Of a stretch of 64,000 nucleotides of DNA, positions 55,612 through 64,000 are shown piece after piece. Within the stretch, counting starts at the first letter, position 1; the number at the start of each line of letters is the position of its first letter. This stretch comes from Yuukianura sp. NJ FZ-2021 (taxonomy: Eukaryota), in assembly GCA_046563655.1 (NCBI GenBank), contig CM102287.1, positions 8,928,001-8,992,000 on the forward strand. Direction: 5' to 3'. Made by a program: the position numbers and the translations under genes. The notes beneath the pieces were generated by a model that was not told the origin of the DNA, searched no databases, and saw nothing but the letters and a program-made list of their open reading frames with translations.

Positions 55612-58600
55612 ACTACAACAAAAATGGTTTTGAAATTCATAATTTTGTAAAAGGTGCAAGAAAAATTTTGTCGTTTTTTTTACTTTTGCTCCTTTCAACT
55701 TTTGAAATTTTGGTTATAAAGGAAGGAAACAATTAAAGAAACGCCGAGAACTTGATTACCGACAAGAAGAGATTTGAAGACGCTTCCTTTGTATGTTAAT
55801 TAAATTTGCCGCATAAACAAAGGCATTGTGGTTTCGGGTTCTGTTTGAACAGATAAACTACAATTACTTTTTAACGAACTTGGGAAATTCTAACTGTTTT
55901 CCTTCTTTTGTCTAACTTTTTAGCATAACCTAAACCCAACTCTTTTGACAATAATTGAAATCAAAATCCCAGAAGTTAGTCCGTTTGTATTCTAATTAGT
56001 CAACTTTTGATAGAGATGTCTATTAACGTTTTGTTCAAAAATTCCCGCCTTCTGCCGTTTTTTGTCCTCAAGCCTCTCTTTCCCACAACCTTTGAAATTA
56101 CATGAACTTAAGCCTGACACGCACGGATTTCAAAGTGCGTGCGCAGTGCTAAGCTCCCCTTCTTCCTGCTTCCTCCCATTTTTTATGTAGAAAGAGGGGA
56201 GAAAGTTGCTGTGGCTTCGTCGTTCTTATGCTTTATGCCTTGCAGTTGCATCGAAAGCGAAAGTCAGCTTTTTTGGATCTTTCCTCAACATTGACTCGGG
56301 AACTGAAGTTTCAGATTCAGACCGAAAATATCGAGCAGAGGATTCACAAGTCCTGGATACAAGTCTCTCCTGCAGCTGTTTTGTTCCTACTTTCGCATTT
56401 CATTAATCTAACTTTGATTGAAGTTAAAATTTAAGTAGTTAGTTCAGTATTAAGTGTCAAGTGACTAAGGTTAGGTTGATACGACTAACATTACAACGGA
56501 TAACACTCACGTTTACATTCAAGACGGAAAGCGGAGAGGGCAAGGAGCACAGGAGTGAGACAGGTAAATGCTTTCCGCCTCATTCAACATTTAAGCAACT
56601 TTCTCTCCCTAACTTTCTCTTTCTGATATGCAACCTACCCTATCATATTCATATATTTTTCTAGTTTTTGATTTTAGTTTTTGAAAAAAAAACTGCTTTT
56701 GGAAATTAAAATAAACGATTTTTTGAACGAAATTTCTTATAATGCACATTGCATCGCGGAGGGAATAATAAATCTAAAAAAAATCTCTTCTAAGTTCTTT
56801 GTTTTTTTTTTTTTAATTTTTAAATTTAAACAACTTTAAAAAATTAGATTAAAGGTTTTGTACTACGAGGTTACTAAATCTCCTTTAGCAAAGATTGGAA
56901 TGAATGTTTGTGTTTCATGAAATTGGAAAGTTGTGTGTTTTTGTTTCATTTTTTGAAATTACAAAAAGAAAGCTGCGTGTGTTATGGATATTAAGTAGAG
57001 AAAGCAAATGTCCATAATTAATTGCTTCATGTTGCTACTTGGACGTTTAGCGTCTTTTCGTGTTCCAGGATCACAACGTTCAATCTTTACTTGTTAAGTG
57101 CACTGTTTTAGTGGATTGGAAATAGGGAAAGATTAGGCATAAGTTAAAGAGGCAGTGCCAGAAAGAAACTGAAGTTGTGGGAATTTCCTTGATTGTTTAA
57201 GGAGTTGCTCAACCCACAGAAAAGGAAACGAATTTGAACAGTTCTTTGCTTGTAGTGAAAGTCGATTTTTTCTGTGTAGAAAAAAGTACAAAAAAGAAAA
57301 TTGGATTGGAAAAGTATAGAAAGCCTTCCATTCATTTCACCTCCTGAGAATTACGATCTACCACACAAATCTTCTTTTTCTTTGGAATTCTGTAGTGCTG
57401 TTGCGGACTTTTTCATTTAAGTGTGAAAGTACTTTGAAGTTCCAACTGTGTGACAAAATCAATTTCAAGTCGGTTGTAAATGTGTACAAAAAGCTGAAAA
57501 GAATTCGTAAAAAAGAATTTTTGTTCGAAAAGGAGAAAGTTGGTAGTATTAGCTCATCCGAAATGTTTCCATTCCATTACAAAGCTTTATGTGAAGAAAG
57601 TATAGCAAAGTTTCGATTTTCTTATAAGCTTAGAGGGAGTAACTATTCATCAGATACCATCAGATTGTGATTCATCCTTGATAGGCTATGATTTCAGTGG
57701 TGGTGAAAAGTTTTCCCCAGAGAAAAGCGGATGCGGGACACTTAACAAGTCTATCGAAGGGCCCCCTTGTAAAAGTACCCTCATCGTGCCAAAGTCCCTA
57801 GCGCATGCACTGTCATTTGGACAATTTCAATTGAAATGAGGGTAGTTTCTACCATTTCCTTTTGTAACGAAGTCCCCCCCCCCCCTTGTGTGGACAATCA
57901 AAGTCCCTTGGTAATACACTGGTCTTGCTTCAGGACTCGTCGCAATCAGCTTCCGCATCTCAGTTAGCACAAAATAAGTCAAAATGCCCTAGGGTAAACC
58001 TAACCTTGCATGAACCTTGCCCACAAGGTTAAATTCAGTGACAACAAAGGTAAAAGCGCTGCCGTTGTACTAAAGTGCACTTGAAACAGTGGGCGGTGTT
58101 AATTTTCAAGTGACACTTAAAGAAAGAACAAAGTGAAAGTCGATTTAGTCAAAATTTTGGTTTTGAGGGGGGAAATTCTGAAGTGGAAAGTTGAAATTTA
58201 CGTTCCGAGTTTTCAAGTGCTGAGTTGAAAATAAGTGTAGGTGCGGTCGAATAAATCTTATGGTAACATTTGCACTTAAAACATAAAACTGAAGCTGAAC
58301 CTAACCTTTATGCACTGGATGTTGTTCAAATATTTGCAAACGAAATGGATACAAAGTGGAAAGCGATCCGTAAGGAATTAATCCATTTTGAAGATTAGAC
58401 AAAAACAGCGCCAGATTCAAAATCTAAATATTCAACTCCACTTTCACCTTGACTGATGTAAAAACTGAAGTAAAACCACAATACCCAAAAACTTGTTCAG
58501 AAATTTCTTAAGCTAAATTTTTTTTTTGAAATTTGGTAATCTTTTTTTTTTTGCTTTTAAAGGGTTTGAAGGAAATAAAGTTGGTCTGTTGTTAAGTGCT

Positions 58601-59973
58601 TGTTTTTTGGCAGAATAACGACCACAGTGGAAATTAAGAAAACTTTTCCTATTGTTTTTTCTTTCTTCAAGTTCAAGTTCTGTTTTACTTCACTTTTGAG
58701 CACTAAAGCGTGTGGTAGCGCAGTACTTCAAAATACACCGGCGTACCGTGGCATCCTGGGATCCGTGTACCCCAGAAGTGAAAGTGGAATTTGATTATTC
58801 TGCTCTCCAAAAGTTTTCTTCCAGAAATTCCTCAGGGGAGACCATTTCCAAGGGGGAGGGAGAGAAAAATGGAGAAAGTGGCGCGGCATTTGAAATTGTT
58901 CGAGAAAGCAGAAGTCATTAGACTTAGCTTTCTCGAATCGTCTCCAGCCACCACTTAAACAGCGGGAGTTTGAAAGGAAATGGCCATAATTAGAACTTTC
59001 TCATCCGCTCCAGGCAGTCCTCGGACTGGATCAGAATGTGTACCAACAACATCTTAAAGTTTAGTCTAAACAGGTTCTTAGATCCCGGATTCTCCAAATT
59101 CCATTAAGATCTTCTTGTTTTATCAAATCTTGTCAACAGGAACCTCTAAAACTTGAATTAGAATTTTGAAGAAAACGCTTTAAAAAACTCAACTTTCTCC
59201 ACTTTTTTTTTTACTCAAAACAAAAACCCCAAAAATGTCAATTTAAAAGTTAATGTTGCCTTCTTTCTATGTAATTTTTTAAAGTTGGAGGAATTTTGAA
59301 TTTTCGAAATTTGGATTTTTGAGTACGACCTTCCCCGCCCCCATTTTTTTCATAAACTCCCGCTCTTCACTTGGGAGTTGAAGTGAAAGTGATTCTTTAA
59401 CGAGACAGTAGAAGTGACCTACCCTTTCCCTTGTTAAAATGAGAAATGTGTGACTTGAGTGACAGTTTTGCAGTTGATGGAGGCCTTTAACGATGAGAGA
59501 TGAGTCATCAAAGTGCACTTTTCAGTCAAGTCCCCCTCCCCTTGCAATCTAGCACCCCAAACGCTCGAAAGAGTACCGCAGCGGTGGTAACATCGTTGCA
59601 AGTTGTTAGTAGCATCAGTGGAAGAGGAGCAAGTTCAGTTTTTGGAAGGGTGGAAATCGGGTATCTTCCGAAATGCATTCAACTGAAAATCAAAATGGAA
59701 AACTCGTATTCTGTTCCTCTTTTGGAAAAGGAGGGAAAGGCAGATTGAATTCAAATTTTCTCTTTTTGAATAAAGTTGTCTCTTTTGGTTCTGTTTTTAG
59801 GAGGGGAGAAGACTTTGGATAACCGTGGAATCTCCAAATAACTTAAGACTGAAACACATACGCACAAAATCAAAAAGACTGAAAAAATTCGTATGCTGGA
59901 GCATTTGGTGGGAATTCGGAGCATCCATTCCTAGAAATTGAAATTTTGAGTTTGGGATTTTCGAAATTTCAAA

Positions 59974-60231
59974 ATGAGCGACACTGGTTCGACGAGAACA
60001 CTGAGCAGTGCTGGCGATGACCTCGAAGATGCTGCGCCACAACTAACTCCGGAGGTCATCCTCATTAACACGACGGCAAAATTTCGAGATGGAAAAAAAG
60101 TAATTACGAAATTCGTTGAAAAAGTTCGCAACGAAACAACTTTTCTCCCAAATTATATGGAGTTACAAAATGTTTTTATTTCCAGTGGCGTCAACGATTC
60201 TGCGTTTTGTCAAAACTTTCTCCAGTAGCAG
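59974..60231 (+). other. Probable first exon of a gene continuing to the right; product unknown
   Basis: Kozak-like caaaATG at 59974, GC-richer open frame, strong donor cag|gtaag at 60231/60232 and possible donor after 60123; reading frame ambiguous. Confidence 0.35.
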
Positions 60232-60542
60232 GTAAGACTAATAAAAATTTTAAAGGTAATTCTATTTACTATTTTTAGGCATTTTGAAAAAAAAACTTAA
60301 CTTTGAAAACAAGTTGCTGGCTTTTTTTTTTTTTTTTTTAAATCGAATTTCCAATTTTATGAAGGAAATAAAGGGAAATAGAAAGCACATGTTTCTAGTC
60401 TCATTTCAAATTTGAAATAGCTTTTGATCTCGTAGCCTTCTTTTGACACTAACAAGTTATCTTGAGACTAAAAAGAAGTTTAGACTTCTTCTATACTATT
60501 CATGAACGTAGTAAGTGAAAGTGTTGGTGCCTGTGTTGTATT

Positions 60543-61383
60543 TAGGGGTCGGAATCAGGAGCGGGTTTCTTAAAATCCGGATTTCGGATTTTGACGGATT
60601 TCAATCCTGAAATCCGGATTTCAATTTCTGTGTTAACTCCCATAAGAAATTCAAAATTGGTTTAAGCTGTCAGAAATGCAGGTTGGAAACACTCGTAGCT
60701 AAAACCTTGATGATAAATTCGGCGTGTTTATTTTTTGAATCAAATTACTAGTGTTGAAAAAAAATGAAACATTGGCACAACATTAGCACAACATTGGCAC
60801 AACATTAGCACAACATTAGGACAACATTGGCACAACATTAGGACAACATTAGCACAACATTGGCACAACATTAGGACAACATTGGCACAACATTGGCACA
60901 ACATTGGCACAACATTAGCACAACATTAGGACAACATTGGCACAACATTGGCACAACATTGGCACAACATTAGCACAACATTGGCACAACATTGGCACAA
61001 CATTAGGACAACATTAGCACAACATTAGCACAACATTGGCACAACATTGGCACAACATTAGCACAACATTGGCACAACATTGGCACAACATTAGCACAAC
61101 ATTGGCACAACATTAGCACAACATTGGCACAACATTGGCACAACATTAGCACAACATTGGCACAACATTAGCACAACAATACAAAATACGAATTTTACGA
61201 ACCCTGAAATTGAGTTTATCTGAGGTTGGCTATTTTTTTTTTGATACCGCACATGCCCTCGAATAGCTATTGAAATACGTAGAAATCCGGATTTCAGTAT
61301 TTAAAAATCCGAATTTCAGATAATCCGAATCCGTCAAAAATCCGGATTTGAATCCGGAGCCAAAATCCGGATTCCGACCCCTA
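60543..61383. mobile_element. Non-autonomous hAT-superfamily DNA transposon (841 bp) with an internal 11-bp satellite
   Basis: 14-bp TIR taggggtcggaatc / gattccgaccccta; perfect 8-bp target site duplication gttgtatt at 60535-60542 and 61384-61391; subterminal aatccggatt palindromes; no transposase ORF. Confidence 0.92.
60770..61177. repeat. Tandem array of ~37 11-bp units catt(g/a)g(c/g)acaa
   Basis: Direct reading; three variants cattggcacaa, cattagcacaa, cattaggacaa. Confidence 0.95.
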
Positions 61384-64000
61384 GTTGTATTGCACTGTGA
61401 CCTTTGGCCCATGACTTTGAGCTTGTCAGATTTTTTCCAGGTTTAGTCAGCCCCTGCTTTCACATTTTCTGATTCCTTAAGGTTAGGTTTTGTAAAAGTA
61501 GCTCATCTTTCGTATTTCCGTCGATCACGTTTGGTTCAATCCACTTATCGTTTGGTTTCCCTTTTTAATGCCTTTTGTGGCTCCAGTATAAAATGGGAAA
61601 CGTGGGAAATAGACGCCTTTGGCATACAAAATCAAAGAACTTGAACAGAAACCAAGGTGCTGGGTGAAGGCCAAAAATTGTAAAAATGGTAACTCCAAAC
61701 CTGTTTTTTCCTGTTCCAAACATTACCACTTACCGTCGGAAGTGCGTAGGGTCGTTAGTAGACTATAATCAACTCACTCGACCATACTTCTCTTGCCAAA
61801 AAACCACAAAAAACTTCAGCTATCATACGATTCCAATGACTCCATTTATTCACAAACAAGAAATTTTATGAACCGAAAAGATAACACAAAATTTTGAAAT
61901 TTTGGCGACTCGCACTTTTCCATTGACTGTGCAGAACAAAAGAGGATGAGAAAAGCGTTTCCCTTCGCAATAAATCTTTAGTATCTTTTGAGAAAAAAAA
62001 TTGACGAAATTAGCAAATGTACATGTGTTTAAAAAAGTGTTTTTTAAAAAAAGTGTATTTTTTTTTATTTCAAATTTTTCAAAATCAAAAGTTGTTATGT
62101 AATTGTGTAAAACGCTTCCGTTTTCATCTTTATCCCATCCACATACTTGTTTGATATTGCGTGTCTCCGTTGTCACTGAGAGTGAAAGTGAAAAGCGAGT
62201 GACAGTGAAAGTGTTAGATCGTGCCGTGCCACACCTAGAAGATTTGAGTAGATTTATGTTCTGGCAGCGACGGAAGACAGTTTATAGGAAGTCGGTAGCA
62301 ACTAGAAAGCTATGCAAGAGACTAGAAAAGTGGTTTTGGAAATCAGCTGCTAGATGTTCTGGAAGAGCCAAAGACGTAGTCAAAAAGGAAGGAAGTTTTA
62401 CGGCGGAAATGAAAAGAAAGTAAATTTTCTCCTAAGCAGAAATTTCATTTTCAGTTCCGAACTTTCTATTCAATGGTAGTATGTACGGTGCTTAATAGAA
62501 AATAAATGATCTTCTGTCACAAAAACGAAACGTCTTAAGCTTCCTCCATTTTTAACAAGTTCCATCCTTGTCGTTAGCAGCAAAAGTTCTTTCTGATGAA
62601 GATGCTCTACGACTCTTTTGCAAAGGAAAGTGAAAATTCGTGTCTTGCGTAGAATGCAGAAGTGAAAGTTTTCATAACTCAAAGCTGGTTTTGGTGAAAG
62701 TGAAAGCGAGATTTCACTGCTCTCTGGCGTGGGTTTCGAAAGTTTGTGATATCGATTCAAACAGCAACTTTTCCTGAGAAAGCTAGATGGAGAAAGTGGA
62801 GCTTTCACTTTACAGTTTCACATGGAAATGTTTGGGCATGACTTTGGAAACCATTACTTGTTGTTATACAATGACACAGTCAATTTCGAAATTTTAATTG
62901 CCTCTGCGTTTTTAAAATTTTGAATATTGAGAGGATTCTTGCTTAAGATGAAAGTCAATGTAAGGTTAAGTTTCCCAGCAGATTATTATAGTACTCCCTT
63001 AGCGGAACTTCTTTGCGGTAGCTGAGAATGTGAAAATTTCATATATTTTTTGAATTATTTTAAAATTTGGTGCAGTATGGGGGGCCACATGTGTTCAAAA
63101 TTTCGATAAATTGGTTTTCTCCGTGTTCGATGACACTGTAGGAGGAATTGAAAGTGATTCTCTGTGGTTTCCATTGTATTTGTGCAGATGGTGGATCCCA
63201 TAGGAAGGATTACTGTATAACCAAAACCAATGCATCAGATTCAGTTAGGATTTTCAATTGTGTCTTTTGTATGGGTGCTGCTAGTTTCGCATATGCAAGT
63301 AATACGCAGAGTGCGTAACGCATTTTCTGAATCTGTACACATGCTAGTTTCTCTTGAGGTTAGGCACAGGAGAGACGGAAATGCAATGAGCCAGAGATTG
63401 ACGATGACATATGAACCGAATCCAATGCAAAATAGAACCAAATAAATCAAAAACTGAAATTTATTTCATGGAGGGAGCAATGGGTTAACAGAATAAAAAA
63501 ACAAGCACAAATTTGAAAAAGAGCAAAATTTTTGTTGTTACAGTTTTTCATCCCCTTCTGTGATTCGTCAAAAAAGTTGATCTTGATCAACATCCACAAG
63601 ATTACTATCATCTTTTCAACTCTGCTTTAAATTATGTGATATCAAATTTCATGTGAATGATTAATTCTTTATTGTCGAAATAACTAGATTTTGATTCCTG
63701 GTAATGATAAAACAAATATAATTTAAAACCAAAAGTTGAAATTTCCAGTTTTTATTATTCGAAAAAAACTGAATTGGATTATAACATGAATTTTTTGTAT
63801 AGCAAAGTGGATTTGAGCAAAGGGCGCTTCAGCTTAAACAATTCAACTATTCACTGATTTTATAATCAACAAAAAAATGTTGGCCATAAAATGAAACTTA
63901 AAAAGGAAACACCCTTTCATACATTTTTTGTTTCACAAAATTGTTCGCAATTGTCAAAACATGCGTGGGTTAATCAAAAGACTAATCAAAATCCCAAATA

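Noticed and set aside
56200..59800. Short ORFs of 60-90 aa in the gene-poor region
   Set aside because: No motifs, no consistent splice chain, mostly non-ATG starts; likely chance ORFs
60770..61177. Possible CRISPR array or telomeric repeat
   Set aside because: Units are directly adjacent with no unique spacers, no cas genes, eukaryotic context, and enclosed by transposon TIRs
63060..63460. Possible exon or pseudogene on the minus strand
   Set aside because: Coding-like composition but stops in all frames examined and no recognisable motif

Overview
AT-rich eukaryotic DNA with compact genes and short (mostly 55-120 nt) GT-AG introns. Gene content and style suggest a soil hexapod, most plausibly a springtail (Folsomia-like); this is inference, not a database result. 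From left to right the window holds: a tandemly duplicated block (Cys-rich secreted protein plus SLC22 transporter, the left SLC22 copy broken by a deletion), two tandem GH1 beta-glucosidases, tRNA-Ala(AGC), a bacterial-type MIO aromatic amino acid ammonia-lyase with two spliceosomal introns, a chemoreceptor-like gene, four tandem soluble bacterial/mite-type UDP-glycosyltransferases, cereblon, a SOL-1-like multi-CUB membrane protein, an EcKL kinase, a small secreted Cys-rich protein, ING1/2, three more chemoreceptor-like genes, a two-domain SUEL lectin, a CYP2-clan P450 with a stray duplicated fragment, and an unusual GPCR with an LRR-like ectodomain on a peptide-receptor-type 7TM. The last ~8 kb is gene-poor, motif-rich and carries a non-autonomous hAT element. 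The best candidate for an undescribed system is 3.9-27.5 kb: transporter, two glucosidases, an ammonia-lyase and four UGTs, which reads like an animal gene cluster for making, storing and re-activating phenylpropanoid-type glucosides, built partly from horizontally acquired genes. Exon boundaries were read by eye and may be off by a few bases.
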